Shown one piece after another: positions 16,371-25,593 of a DNA stretch of 38,728 nucleotides. The stretch's first letter is position 1; each line of letters starts with the position of its first letter. A program made the position numbers and the translations under genes. The stretch comes from a virus (taxonomy: Duplodnaviria; Heunggongvirae; Uroviricota; Caudoviricetes): IMG/VR virus record IMGVR_UViG_648231705_000004; one strand, given 5' to 3'. The notes beneath the pieces are model-generated. The model was not told the origin of the DNA. It did not search any database and saw only the letters and a list, made by a program, of their open reading frames with translations.

Positions 16371-17866
16371 TGGCGAGGGGTATCTGGGTTTCACCCGATG
16401 AATTTGTTGCTTTTTCTGAGCCTCAGAAATCACTGACCGCGCAGATTGCCTCCCGCAGCCGCGCGATCGACTTTTACGGACTGGGCATGTATCTGCCCAA
16501 TCCTGATCCCATTCTCAAGGCTCAGGGACGGGATATCCGTATCTACCGCGAACTGCGCACCGACCCGCTGGTTGGGGGCTGTATCCGCAGACGTAAAGCA
16601 GCGCTCAAATCACTGGAGCGTGGACTGGAGCGCGGTCACGCTTCTGCCCGGGTCTTCCGTTTCATCCGCGACATGCTCGACGATCTGGATCTGTCCCGCA
16701 TCATCGGTGAGATGAGTGATGCCGTGCTCTACGGGTATCAGCCCTGTGAAATCATGTGGGGCCGTTCGGTCAGGGCGTGGGCAGTGACGGATATTGTCGG
16801 CAAACCGCCTGAGTGGTTTCAGTTTGATACGGACAACTGCCTGCGCTTCCGGGCGCGTGATGCGGGTGTGGAGGGTGAGCTGCTGTCACCGTCAAAATTC
16901 GTGGTGCCGGCACAGGATGCCTCGTATGACAATCCTTACGGTTTCCCGGACCTGTCCATGTGCTTCTGGCCGGTCGCCTTCAAGAAAGGCGGGATGAAAT
17001 TCTGGCTCCGCTTTGCCGAAAAGTTTGGCTCCCCGTGGGTGATCGGTAAGCACCCGAGGGGTGCAAATGATGCAGAGATTGAAAAACTGCTGGACTCCAT
17101 GGAGCAGATGGTGGAGGACGCGGTGGCCGCCATCCCCGATGACAGCAGCATCGAACTCAAAGCCGCGGATGGTAAGGCGGACAGCAGCGAGGTATTCCGC
17201 GAGCTGATCACACTGTCACGCAGTGAGATCTCCATTGCATTACTTGGTCAGAATCAGACCACGGAAGCGAACAGTAACAAGGCCTCTGCACAGGCCGGGC
17301 TGGAGGTAACGGCTGATATCCGCGATGCGGATGCGGACATCATTCAGGCAGCAGTGAATCAGGTTATCAGAACGGTGGTCACCCTGAACTTCGGCGATGT
17401 GCCGTGTCCGGTCTGGGCCATGTGGGAACAGGAGACCATTGATGACACCCGCGCCACCCGCGACGAAAAACTCACCCGGGCGGGTCTGCGTCTGACCCCG
17501 CAATACTTTAAGCGTGAGTACCAGCTGCAGGACGGCGATATTGACGAGACACCACCGTCGGAACGCCAGAATAACATGCTGCCGCTGTCATTTGCCGAGG
17601 CGATTGATGCCGATATTCAGGCTCAGCAGCAGCTTGACGACGCGCTGGACATTCTGATGAACGGAGGTGTGTTAAATGGCACGCTGGAACCCGTCCTGGC
17701 ACCTCTGTTTAAGCGGGTCGAAAACGGGGTTAACCCGACTGAGCTGCTGGGCGAACTGGCGGAGCTCTACCCTCAGATGAACACGGACGATCTGCAGGAA
17801 CGGCTGGCCCGTATTCTCTTTGTGGCAAATATCTGGGGACGTCTGCATGAGCGTGACAACGGCTGA
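16370..17866 (+). CDS. portal protein (Mu gp29-like)
   Basis: 498 aa; ATG overlaps terminase stop (TGATG); position and size as Mu portal. Confidence 0.85.
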   Translation: MARGIWVSPDEFVAFSEPQKSLTAQIASRSRAIDFYGLGMYLPNPDPILKAQGRDIRIYRELRTDPLVGGCIRRRKAALKSLERGLERGHASARVFRFIRDMLDDLDLSRIIGEMSDAVLYGYQPCEIMWGRSVRAWAVTDIVGKPPEWFQFDTDNCLRFRARDAGVEGELLSPSKFVVPAQDASYDNPYGFPDLSMCFWPVAFKKGGMKFWLRFAEKFGSPWVIGKHPRGANDAEIEKLLDSMEQMVEDAVAAIPDDSSIELKAADGKADSSEVFRELITLSRSEISIALLGQNQTTEANSNKASAQAGLEVTADIRDADADIIQAAVNQVIRTVVTLNFGDVPCPVWAMWEQETIDDTRATRDEKLTRAGLRLTPQYFKREYQLQDGDIDETPPSERQNNMLPLSFAEAIDADIQAQQQLDDALDILMNGGVLNGTLEPVLAPLFKRVENGVNPTELLGELAELYPQMNTDDLQERLARILFVANIWGRLHERDNG

Positions 17867-18668
17867 ACTGGCGTACTGCATGACGCTTCCCCCGAAGCGG
17901 GCAGTCAGTTACCTGAAGTCCAAAGGGTATCAGATTACCTGGGACTGGGAAGAAATGTGGCAGGAGGCCCATGCCCGCGCCTTTACCGTTGCTAAAGTGA
18001 CCCGCCTGGATATCCTGGAAGATATTCGCGGGGCACTGCAGCAGGCTGTCGATGAAGGAAAAACCGATCGCTGGTTCCGGCAGGAGCTGGAGCCGGTGCT
18101 GAAGCGTAAGGGATGGTGGGGACCACGTGACACGACTGACCCGGTAACGGGTAAGCCGGTCACCATTCAGCAGGGCAGTCCGTGGCGGCTCGATACCATC
18201 TTTCGCACCAATATGTCCGTACTCTACAGCGCCGGTCGTTGGGCGGAACAGATGGAAAACGTCGACGACAGGCCGTACTGGATGTATACCGGCATCAACG
18301 ACAGCCATACCCGCAGGAGCCATCTGGCGCTGCATGGTCTGGTGCTGCGCTGGGATGACCCGTTCTGGCAGGCATTTTACCCGCCGAACGGCTGGCGCTG
18401 CCGCTGTAGTGTGATTGCCCTGAGTGCGGCGGATGTACGTGCCCGTGGCCTGAAGGTTATCAGCTCCGGCTCTGCCATGGGCCAGGAACTGAAACTGGTC
18501 TCAGAGAAAACCGGCGAAATGCGGAACGTGGCCACCTTTAATACCGGCACCACGAAGGTGACCACCGACGTCGGCTGGTCTTATGCACCGGGGGCAGCAT
18601 ACCGTCCCGACCTGGCCCGCTATCAGGGTACGCTTCAGCCACTGGCACAACAGGAACTGAGAGGATAA
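17847..18668 (+). CDS. head morphogenesis protein (Mu F-like)
   Basis: ORF 17820..18668 with ATG 17847; follows portal as in Mu. Confidence 0.8.
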   Translation: MSVTTAELAYCMTLPPKRAVSYLKSKGYQITWDWEEMWQEAHARAFTVAKVTRLDILEDIRGALQQAVDEGKTDRWFRQELEPVLKRKGWWGPRDTTDPVTGKPVTIQQGSPWRLDTIFRTNMSVLYSAGRWAEQMENVDDRPYWMYTGINDSHTRRSHLALHGLVLRWDDPFWQAFYPPNGWRCRCSVIALSAADVRARGLKVISSGSAMGQELKLVSEKTGEMRNVATFNTGTTKVTTDVGWSYAPGAAYRPDLARYQGTLQPLAQQELRG

Positions 18669-18670
18669 CA

Positions 18671-19129
18671 ATGGCTTCCGATAACCTGGTCAGTATCACC
18701 ATTAACGATAAATCCCTGCGCCGGAGCCTCCGTGCGCTGGATCTTGCTGCCACAGACCTGGAGCCCGCGATGCGCAAAATCGCCGGAACCCTGCTGGCGG
18801 AAACACAGTTTAACTTTCTTGATGAGGGGCGTCCGGGGTGGATCCCCTCGCTGGCAGCGGAAGAACGTGACGGGCAGACACTGCAGGATACCGGGCGTCT
18901 GATGGGGTCAGTATCAACCGACCATGACGACCGGCAGGCTGTTGTGGGGACCAACGTTGTTTACGGTGCCATTCACCAGTTCGGGGGTAAAACGGGGCGT
19001 AATGAGTCTGTTGAACTTCCGGCCCGCCCGTTCCTGCCGGTGACGGGGGATGGAGAACTACAGCCTGAAGTGGTAATCCCCATCCTCGATACCATTGTCC
19101 GCCATCTTGAATCAGCGGCCCGTCGCTGA
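18671..19129 (+). CDS. virion morphogenesis protein (Mu G-like)
   Basis: 152 aa; GAGAGGA RBS; Mu gene order F-G-I. Confidence 0.7.
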   Translation: MASDNLVSITINDKSLRRSLRALDLAATDLEPAMRKIAGTLLAETQFNFLDEGRPGWIPSLAAEERDGQTLQDTGRLMGSVSTDHDDRQAVVGTNVVYGAIHQFGGKTGRNESVELPARPFLPVTGDGELQPEVVIPILDTIVRHLESAARR

Positions 19130-19172
19130 GTTTTCTCTCTTCAGGCGGGTGATTTATCATTGCCAGCGAATG

Positions 19173-19217
19173 AGGGGCTGTATTACCTTTATAAAGGCTT
19201 TACAGCCTCTGTTTTAT
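19173..19217 (+). terminator. Rho-independent terminator-like hairpin in central intergenic region
   Basis: Stem GGCTGTA / TACAGCC enclosing the perfect palindrome CCTTTATAAAGG, followed by TCTGTTTTAT. Confidence 0.5.
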
Positions 19218-19343
19218 AACCGCCTCCGGTTCACCGCATTGCTTTCCCTGTCCTTCTCCCCTGATGTTTTCTAAAGCAGATTAAAATCGCCGGGCCTGCA
19301 TTTCTCACAAACTGTCTCCGACAACATAACGCGGGACAGCAAA

Positions 19344-20459
19344 ATGTCAGCCATTCACATTTTTAAAGCCGGTACTCATACCGATATGCACGGCAAAAAA
19401 CTGCCGTTCACGCCAGACGATCTTGCCGCCTGCGTGAAAGCCTATGACCCGTCCGTCCATGAAGCACCACTCGTGATTGGTCATCCCAGAACGGAAGACC
19501 CGGCGTGGGGCTGGGTGAAAGCCCTGTCGCTCAGCGGCGTCGATCTGATGGCAGAGCCTGCCCAGCTGGACCCGCAGTTTGCTGAGATGGTCACCGACGG
19601 ACGATTCAAAAAAGTGTCCGCCTCTTTCTACCTCCCGGATTCACCGTCCAATCCGAAGCCCGGCGTGCTCTACCTTCGCCATGTGGGCTTTCTCGGGGCA
19701 CAGCCACCTTCCGTCAAGGGGCTGAAACAGGTGTCCTTCAGTGAGCAGGAAGAAGGTGTGGTGGAGTTCGCCGACTGGCAGGCCATCACGAATGCCTCCC
19801 TGTGGGGAAAGCTGCGCGATTTTCTGATCGCCCGCTTCAGTCTGGACGAGGCAGAAAAAGTCCTGCCGGAATGGCAGCTCAACAGTCTGCGCGAAGAGGC
19901 GTACCGCGACACACTGTCGCAGGATGCAGCAGGTGCACAATTCAGTGAGACAGGCCCGGGGCCGTCTTCCGCAAGTAACGAGGAATCATCGATGACAAAA
20001 GAAGAGATTGAAGCCCTTCAGGAGGAGAACCGCCGCCTGAAGCAGCAGGCTGCTGATCGCGATGCGCGTGATGCACAGGTCAGACAGGAGCAACTGCATA
20101 AGGACAATGTGGCCTTTGCAGAAAAACTGGTCGCAGAGGGCCGTCTGGCTCCCCGCGCCTCCTCCGTGGTGGTTGCCCTGCTGGATGCCGTCGCCGGTGG
20201 CGACAAGCCGGTGGAGTTTGCTGAGGGGGAAAGCCGCACACCGCTGGCCACCGCCTTTCGTTCATTGCTCTCCGACGGGGAGCCGGTGATGAATTTCGCC
20301 GAACAGGCCACAAAAGAGCGTGTCGGCGACACGGTGAAGGTGGATGTGGCAGAGTTTGCGGAAGCCGATCCTGAGCGTCTGGCCCTGCATCAGAAAGCAG
20401 TGGCCCTGTCCAAAAAAGAAGGCATCAGCTATGAGGCTGCTGTCGCACGCTGCCTGTAA
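19344..20459 (+). CDS. head maturation protease / scaffold (Mu I-like)
   Basis: 371 aa; precedes major capsid gene; C-terminal half is charged coiled coil (scaffold-like). Confidence 0.85.
   Translation: MSAIHIFKAGTHTDMHGKKLPFTPDDLAACVKAYDPSVHEAPLVIGHPRTEDPAWGWVKALSLSGVDLMAEPAQLDPQFAEMVTDGRFKKVSASFYLPDSPSNPKPGVLYLRHVGFLGAQPPSVKGLKQVSFSEQEEGVVEFADWQAITNASLWGKLRDFLIARFSLDEAEKVLPEWQLNSLREEAYRDTLSQDAAGAQFSETGPGPSSASNEESSMTKEEIEALQEENRRLKQQAADRDARDAQVRQEQLHKDNVAFAEKLVAEGRLAPRASSVVVALLDAVAGGDKPVEFAEGESRTPLATAFRSLLSDGEPVMNFAEQATKERVGDTVKVDVAEFAEADPERLALHQKAVALSKKEGISYEAAVARCL
19992..20459 (+). CDS. nested in-frame scaffold protein (Mu Z-like), internal start within I-like gene
   Basis: In-frame ATG 19992 preceded by GAGGA (aacGAGGAatcatcgATG); downstream sequence is coiled-coil rich (EEIEALQEENRRLKQQAADRDARD...). 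Confidence 0.4.
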   Translation: MTKEEIEALQEENRRLKQQAADRDARDAQVRQEQLHKDNVAFAEKLVAEGRLAPRASSVVVALLDAVAGGDKPVEFAEGESRTPLATAFRSLLSDGEPVMNFAEQATKERVGDTVKVDVAEFAEADPERLALHQKAVALSKKEGISYEAAVARCL

Positions 20460-20473
20460 TTTAAGGAGAGAGC

Positions 20474-21427
20474 ATGTCTGATTACTTAAAAGGTAAACGT
20501 GTCGTTGATCCGGTACTGACCAGTATCGCCCGTGGCTATAAAAATGCCGCATTCATCGGCGAACGTATTTTCCCCGTCGTGCTGACGGACAAGGAAGGCG
20601 TGCGTGTACCGACCTTCGGGAAAACCGCCTTTGTGGAATATGACACCGAGCGTGCCGTCGGGACGGACAGCAATGTTCTGGTCCGTGAAAAAACAGGCAC
20701 GCTGGACCTGGTGCTGGGTGAACACGATCTGGCTGCGCCGGTGGACTATCGCGAGCAGGCGGAGTCCATGTTTAACGAAGAGAGCAAGGCCATCCGTCGC
20801 GCCACGAATGGCGTGAACCTGCGCCGTGAACTTATCGCTGCCCGTCTGGCTCAGGATGAAAAGGTCTACCGTACCGGGCACGTCAAAAAACTGACAGCCA
20901 GTGATCGCTGGGCCGGTGGTAAGGGGGACCCCATCGGGGTGATTGAAGCCGGTATGGAAGCGGTCCGTACGGCCACGGGGCTGCGTCCTAACCTGATGAC
21001 CATGGGGGCCGGCGTGATGGCGCTGCTGAAGTTCCACCCGGCGATTCAGGCCGCCATCGGAGCCAACGAACGCAAGCGCATCACCACAGAAATCCTGCAG
21101 GACCTCTTTCAGATCGAAGAGATCGTCATCGGTGCCCCAGTCTCCCTGCCGTCCATGAAAGCGGCAATGGATAAGAACAGCGTGCCGGCGGATATCTGGG
21201 GAGACAATCTGATGCTGCACTATGTCGGCAAACCGCAGCCGGGGGCGGACAGCGCGGACGAGAACGAGCCGTCCTTCGGCTACACCCTGCGTCGTAAGGG
21301 GATGCCTGTTGCCGACAAATACGACGGAGCCGGTGGCAAGGTGAAGTACTGCCGTTATACCGATATCTACAAAGTCGCCGTGGTTGGTGGCGATGCCGGG
21401 TATCTCATTACCGGTATCAGTAAATAA
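20474..21427 (+). CDS. major capsid protein (Mu T-like)
   Basis: 317 aa; strong RBS AAGGAGAG; immediately after protease/scaffold. Confidence 0.9.
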   Translation: MSDYLKGKRVVDPVLTSIARGYKNAAFIGERIFPVVLTDKEGVRVPTFGKTAFVEYDTERAVGTDSNVLVREKTGTLDLVLGEHDLAAPVDYREQAESMFNEESKAIRRATNGVNLRRELIAARLAQDEKVYRTGHVKKLTASDRWAGGKGDPIGVIEAGMEAVRTATGLRPNLMTMGAGVMALLKFHPAIQAAIGANERKRITTEILQDLFQIEEIVIGAPVSLPSMKAAMDKNSVPADIWGDNLMLHYVGKPQPGADSADENEPSFGYTLRRKGMPVADKYDGAGGKVKYCRYTDIYKVAVVGGDAGYLITGISK

Positions 21428-21436
21428 GGAGGCGTT

Positions 21437-21775
21437 ATGGGAACCACTCAGCAGGTCATTCTGATCACAACCGTAACGGCAGGGGCAGCACTGGCACAGC
21501 AGCGTTTTGTCGGGGCAGATAATACCCCCTGTAAAGCCGGTGCCGCAGCGCTCGGGGTTGCCGAAGTGGATGCTGTTACCGGCGACAGCACGCCGGTGAG
21601 CGTTCTGGGCATTATTGCTGTCGAGGCCGGGGCCGCTGTCAGCCGTGGTGTGGCTGTTCAGTCAGATGCTCAGGCCAGAGCCGTGCCGCAGTCCGGCGAC
21701 GGTAAATCCTGTGGTATTGCACTTGATGAAGCCGGGGGTGAAGGCGACGTCATTCGTATCCTGCGCGGGGTGTGA
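21437..21775 (+). CDS. small Gly/Ala/Val-rich head protein (112 aa, decoration/cement-like)
   Basis: AAGGAGG RBS; follows major capsid gene. Confidence 0.6.
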   Translation: MGTTQQVILITTVTAGAALAQQRFVGADNTPCKAGAAALGVAEVDAVTGDSTPVSVLGIIAVEAGAAVSRGVAVQSDAQARAVPQSGDGKSCGIALDEAGGEGDVIRILRGV

Positions 21776-21776
21776 C

Positions 21777-22223
21777 ATGTACTGCACCCTGGAGGATTTG
21801 CTTGCGCAGGTGCCGGAGCGGACGCTTATCGAACTCACCAGTGAAGAGATGGACTTCGACTCGCCTGCAACAGTGAATACCCGTGTGGTGGACAGCTGTA
21901 TCCGCTATGCCGACGAGCTGATTGATGCCCATCTGCGCGGACGCTATATCCTGCCACTGGCAGAGATACCGACTGTTCTGCGGGACATTGCCATCACGCT
22001 GGTCCGTTACCGGCTCTACGCCCGCCGCCCGGAAGGTGACCTCCCGGATACGGTGAAGGATGACCACAAAGAAGCGCTGCGGCAACTCAGGGAGTTACGT
22101 GATAACAGGCTCACGCTGGGGCTGCCGTCCACTCAGAAAGATGTGCCTGAGCCTGGCGAGTTTCGTGTACGCAGTCGCCCGGCCACTTTCGGCGGTCGTG
22201 ACGGTTTACTGGAGAAATACTGA
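21777..22223 (+). CDS. head-tail joining protein (Mu gp36-like)
   Basis: ATG 21777 (ORF 21615..22223) right after upstream stop; position in head-completion cluster. Confidence 0.65.
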   Translation: MYCTLEDLLAQVPERTLIELTSEEMDFDSPATVNTRVVDSCIRYADELIDAHLRGRYILPLAEIPTVLRDIAITLVRYRLYARRPEGDLPDTVKDDHKEALRQLRELRDNRLTLGLPSTQKDVPEPGEFRVRSRPATFGGRDGLLEKY

Positions 22224-22687
22224 TGAACGTTCTGCCCGTCCTTGATGCGGTGCTGGCCCGGTTACGCGAGAAGCTGCCGCAACTGCAGGTGGAGTACTTC
22301 CCGGAGAAACCGGCTGAATATCGCCTGAACCATCCGGTTGGCGCGTTGCTGCTGAGCTATGCCGGTTCGCGCTTTGACAGGCCGGATGATACCGGTGCGG
22401 TGATCCAGTCTCAGACTATCCAGCTCTGCGTCACGGTGGTCTTCCGCCAGCTCAACGGTAAAAAAGGGGCGATTAATGTCCTGGATGCTGTCCGCCGCAT
22501 TCTCGGTGGCCACACCCCGCCCGGGTGCCGCTGCCGTATCTGGCTGACCCGCGAGGTGTTTATCGGTGAAGTCAGGGGGCTGTGGCAATACGCCCTCGAC
22601 TTCGCGACTGAAAGCATCTTTATCGAAGACAGCGATTTACCGTCCGGCCCGCTGTTAACCGAAGTGAACTATGAGGAAAGCGAGTGA
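22223..22687 (+). CDS. head/tail completion protein (Mu gp37-like)
   Basis: ATG overlaps upstream stop; 154 aa. Confidence 0.65.
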   Translation: MNVLPVLDAVLARLREKLPQLQVEYFPEKPAEYRLNHPVGALLLSYAGSRFDRPDDTGAVIQSQTIQLCVTVVFRQLNGKKGAINVLDAVRRILGGHTPPGCRCRIWLTREVFIGEVRGLWQYALDFATESIFIEDSDLPSGPLLTEVNYEESE

Positions 22688-22938
22688 TGAAAGAATACCG
22701 CTATTCCGGCCCGGCCAGCGGCGTCACGCTGTCGGACGGAACCGAAATCCTGCTCTGGCCGGGGAAGACGGTTTCCCTGCCGGAGGAGCATGACTACGTG
22801 AAGGTACTGGTGGCGCTGAAGCATCTGACGCCGGAACCAGAAGATACTAAACCCGCCGTCACACCGGCTGTGCAGTCACCAAAGCGCAGAAGCAGCAGTG
22901 ACAGCGAAGTGAAAACGGAGGACGCCCATGGCAGCTAA
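22687..22938 (+). CDS. small tail-completion protein (83 aa)
   Basis: ORF 22684..22938; ATG 22687 with GAGGA RBS; precedes sheath gene. Confidence 0.5.
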   Translation: MKEYRYSGPASGVTLSDGTEILLWPGKTVSLPEEHDYVKVLVALKHLTPEPEDTKPAVTPAVQSPKRRSSSDSEVKTEDAHGS

Positions 22939-24355
22939 CTATCTGCATGGTCCCGAAACCATTGAGGTGGAAAACGGAGCCCGCCCGGTTAAAACGGTGA
23001 AATCTGCCGTTATTGGCCTGATTGGTACCGCCCCGATGGGGGATGTCAATACGCTGGTACAGTGCCTGTCTGAGAAAGACGCAGCGGCATTTGGCAGCCA
23101 GTTCACCGGCTTTACCATTCCGCAGGCGCTGGATGCGATTTATGACCATGGTGCAGGCACCGTTCTGGTCATTAACGTCCTCGACCCGGCGAAACATAAA
23201 ACGGCGATCGAGGATGAGGTGGTTACCTTTGACAAATCGACAGGGCAGGCCAGACTGGCGCATCCGGTTGTCGCTAATGTGGTGGTGAAAAACAGTGAAG
23301 GCAGCACCACCCACACGGCGAACACGGACTACCGTGTTGATGCGCAGGCGGGTGTGCTCACGAACCTGGGCAAGGCTATTGAGGCCGGTGGCAGCGTGAA
23401 GGTGAGCTATGAGTACGCGGACCCGTCGAAGGTGACTGCGGCGGACATCATCGGCGGGGTGAACAGCGCCGGAAACCGAACCGGCATGAAGCTGCTTAAC
23501 GACAGCTTCAACCTGTACGGCTATTTCGCCAAAATTCTGATTGCGCCGGTGTTCTGCACCCAGAAGAGTGTCGCAGTTGAGCTTATCGCCATGGCAGAGA
23601 AGCTGGGCGCGATAACCTACATTGATGCGCCTGTCGGTACCACCTTTGCACAGGCTCTGGCAGGTCGTGGCCCGGAAGGCACCATCAACTTCAATACCAG
23701 CTCCGACCGCGTCCGTCTGTGCTATCCGCATGTGAAGGTATATGACCCGGTGACAAACACAGAGCGTCTGGAGCCGCTCAGCCAGCGTGCAGCAGGTCTG
23801 CGTGCCAGAGTCGATCTGGACAAGGGCTACTGGTGGTCATCCTCCAATCAGGAGATTCTGGGGATCACCGGCGTGGAGCGCCAGCTGTCCGCGATGATTG
23901 ATGACCCGCAGAGTGAGGTGAACCTGCTTAACGAACAGGGGATCACCACGGTATTCAGCAGTTACGGCAGCGGCCTTCGTCTGTGGGGTAACCGGACGGC
24001 AGCATGGCCAACGGTCACCCATATGCGTAACTTTGAGAACGTTCGCCGCACCGGTGATGTGATCAACGAGTCCATTCGTTATTTCAGCCAGCAGTACATC
24101 GACATGCCGATTACTCAGGCGCTGATTGATGCACTGACGGAGTCGGTCAACGCCTACGGTCGCAAAATGACTGGTGATGGTGCGGTACTGGGCTTCCGTT
24201 GCTGGTTTGATCCGGCCCGCAATCCGGAGACGGAGCTGGCCGCCGGGCACCTGTTGCTGAGCTACAAATATACGCCACCACCGCCGCTGGAGCGACTGAC
24301 GTTTGAGACTGAGATCACCTCGGAATACCTGTTAACCCTGAAAGGGGGCAACTGA
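22928..24355 (+). CDS. contractile tail sheath protein (Mu L-like)
   Basis: 475 aa; GGAGG RBS; sheath-tube-chaperone-tape measure order. Confidence 0.9.
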   Translation: MAANYLHGPETIEVENGARPVKTVKSAVIGLIGTAPMGDVNTLVQCLSEKDAAAFGSQFTGFTIPQALDAIYDHGAGTVLVINVLDPAKHKTAIEDEVVTFDKSTGQARLAHPVVANVVVKNSEGSTTHTANTDYRVDAQAGVLTNLGKAIEAGGSVKVSYEYADPSKVTAADIIGGVNSAGNRTGMKLLNDSFNLYGYFAKILIAPVFCTQKSVAVELIAMAEKLGAITYIDAPVGTTFAQALAGRGPEGTINFNTSSDRVRLCYPHVKVYDPVTNTERLEPLSQRAAGLRARVDLDKGYWWSSSNQEILGITGVERQLSAMIDDPQSEVNLLNEQGITTVFSSYGSGLRLWGNRTAAWPTVTHMRNFENVRRTGDVINESIRYFSQQYIDMPITQALIDALTESVNAYGRKMTGDGAVLGFRCWFDPARNPETELAAGHLLLSYKYTPPPPLERLTFETEITSEYLLTLKGGN

Positions 24356-24876
24356 TGTCAAAGATTGAGATAAACCGCATCACGAATGCCAACATCTATC
24401 TGGATGGTACTAACCTGCTGGGACGGGCTGAGGAAGTCAAACTCCCCGATGTCTCCATGATTATGCAGGAACACAAGGCGCTGGGGATGGTGGGTAAGGT
24501 GGAACTCCCGGCTGGTTTTGACAAGCTGGAAGGCGAAATCAAATGGAACAGCTTTTACCGCGATGCGATGCTGTCTGCCGCGAACCCGTACAGGTCGCTG
24601 GCACTGCAGTGTCGTTCCAGCGTCCAGCGCTACAGCTCGCAGGGGCTGATTGACGAAATCCCGCTGGTCACCTTCCTGACGATTATGTTCAAGAAGAACC
24701 CGCTGGGGACGTTCAAACAGCACGAGAACGCCGAGTTCTCCAGTAGCTTCACCTGCACGTATATCAGACAGGTACTGGATGGTGAAGAGCTGCTGCAACT
24801 GGACTATCTGGCCAACATCTTCCGGGTCGGCGGTGTTGATCAACTGACTGACTACCGTATCAATATCGGGGGCTGA
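24355..24876 (+). CDS. tail tube protein (Mu M-like)
   Basis: 173 aa; ATG overlaps sheath stop. Confidence 0.85.
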   Translation: MSKIEINRITNANIYLDGTNLLGRAEEVKLPDVSMIMQEHKALGMVGKVELPAGFDKLEGEIKWNSFYRDAMLSAANPYRSLALQCRSSVQRYSSQGLIDEIPLVTFLTIMFKKNPLGTFKQHENAEFSSSFTCTYIRQVLDGEELLQLDYLANIFRVGGVDQLTDYRINIGG

Positions 24877-24878
24877 CG

Positions 24879-25160
24879 GTGAGTGTTGAACTGACGGATA
24901 AAGGAGGACGATGTGCGGCACTGGGCATGTCAAATGGTACGTGGTTTACCCTCCTTGATATTCCGGGGGTGGAAACCCTTTTTAATACCCGTAAAACCAA
25001 TGACCCGATTGACTGCACACGTTCAAAGGCCCGCAAACTGGCGGATTTGATTGAAGCATGGGAGCCTCCCGACCACTGGTTCTCCGGCATCGGCAAATCT
25101 GAGGGAAAGACGCTTCTCATCGCTTTCCTGCGTAACTGCAAGGGGTTTCGCACTTGCTGA
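24879..25160 (+). CDS. hypothetical protein (93 aa; non-ATG start, possible internal ATG at 24927)
   Basis: ORF between tube gene and a terminator-like hairpin; no recognisable motif. Confidence 0.35.
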   Translation: MSVELTDKGGRCAALGMSNGTWFTLLDIPGVETLFNTRKTNDPIDCTRSKARKLADLIEAWEPPDHWFSGIGKSEGKTLLIAFLRNCKGFRTC

Positions 25161-25167
25161 CATCACA

Positions 25168-25190
25168 GGGGCTCCGGCCCCTTCTTCTTA
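25168..25190 (+). terminator. short GC hairpin + T-rich tract (weak terminator) preceding a probable internal late promoter
   Basis: GGGGC tccg GCCCC followed by TTCTTCTT; next gene starts at 25258 with its own RBS. Confidence 0.35.
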
Positions 25191-25257
25191 ATCTCCTTTA
25201 ATATCCGTCACGCGCTTCTCCCGACATACTGCCCTGAACTTACACAGGAGCACAATC

Positions 25258-25593
25258 ATGTCACAGACCCCATCCGATACTTTTAAATTGTCTTATCCCT
25301 TCACCACTGCTGCAGGCACCAGAATTGAGCTGGTTGAACTGAAACGCCTGACGGTAAAAGACCTGAAGCAGGTGCGCAAAATCAGCAAAAACCCGGCAGA
25401 CTGGGACGAACCGCTGATTGCCCGCAGTACTGGTCTTCTCCCGGAAGATCTCGACAATATGGATCTGGCTGATTACCTGCAGTTACAGAAACGATTTCAG
25501 CTCATCACGGGGATGGGTGAGAGCAACCAGGGCGCTGACGCAGGCGCAGGGGCTGCTGGCGAGATGGTTCCGGTTTCAGCCGGGGGAGATTGA
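25258..25593 (+). CDS. tail assembly chaperone (upstream frame of a probable frameshifted pair)
   Basis: 111 aa; AGGAG RBS; sits between tube and tape-measure genes; Gly/Ala-rich C-terminus ending in a G5 run before the stop. Confidence 0.65.
   Translation: MSQTPSDTFKLSYPFTTAAGTRIELVELKRLTVKDLKQVRKISKNPADWDEPLIARSTGLLPEDLDNMDLADYLQLQKRFQLITGMGESNQGADAGAGAAGEMVPVSAGGD

Noticed and set aside
22859-23731. 290-aa minus-strand ORF (also 20486..21220 and 17730..18335)
   Set aside because: Antisense to tail sheath, major capsid and head-morphogenesis genes respectively; no independent support.
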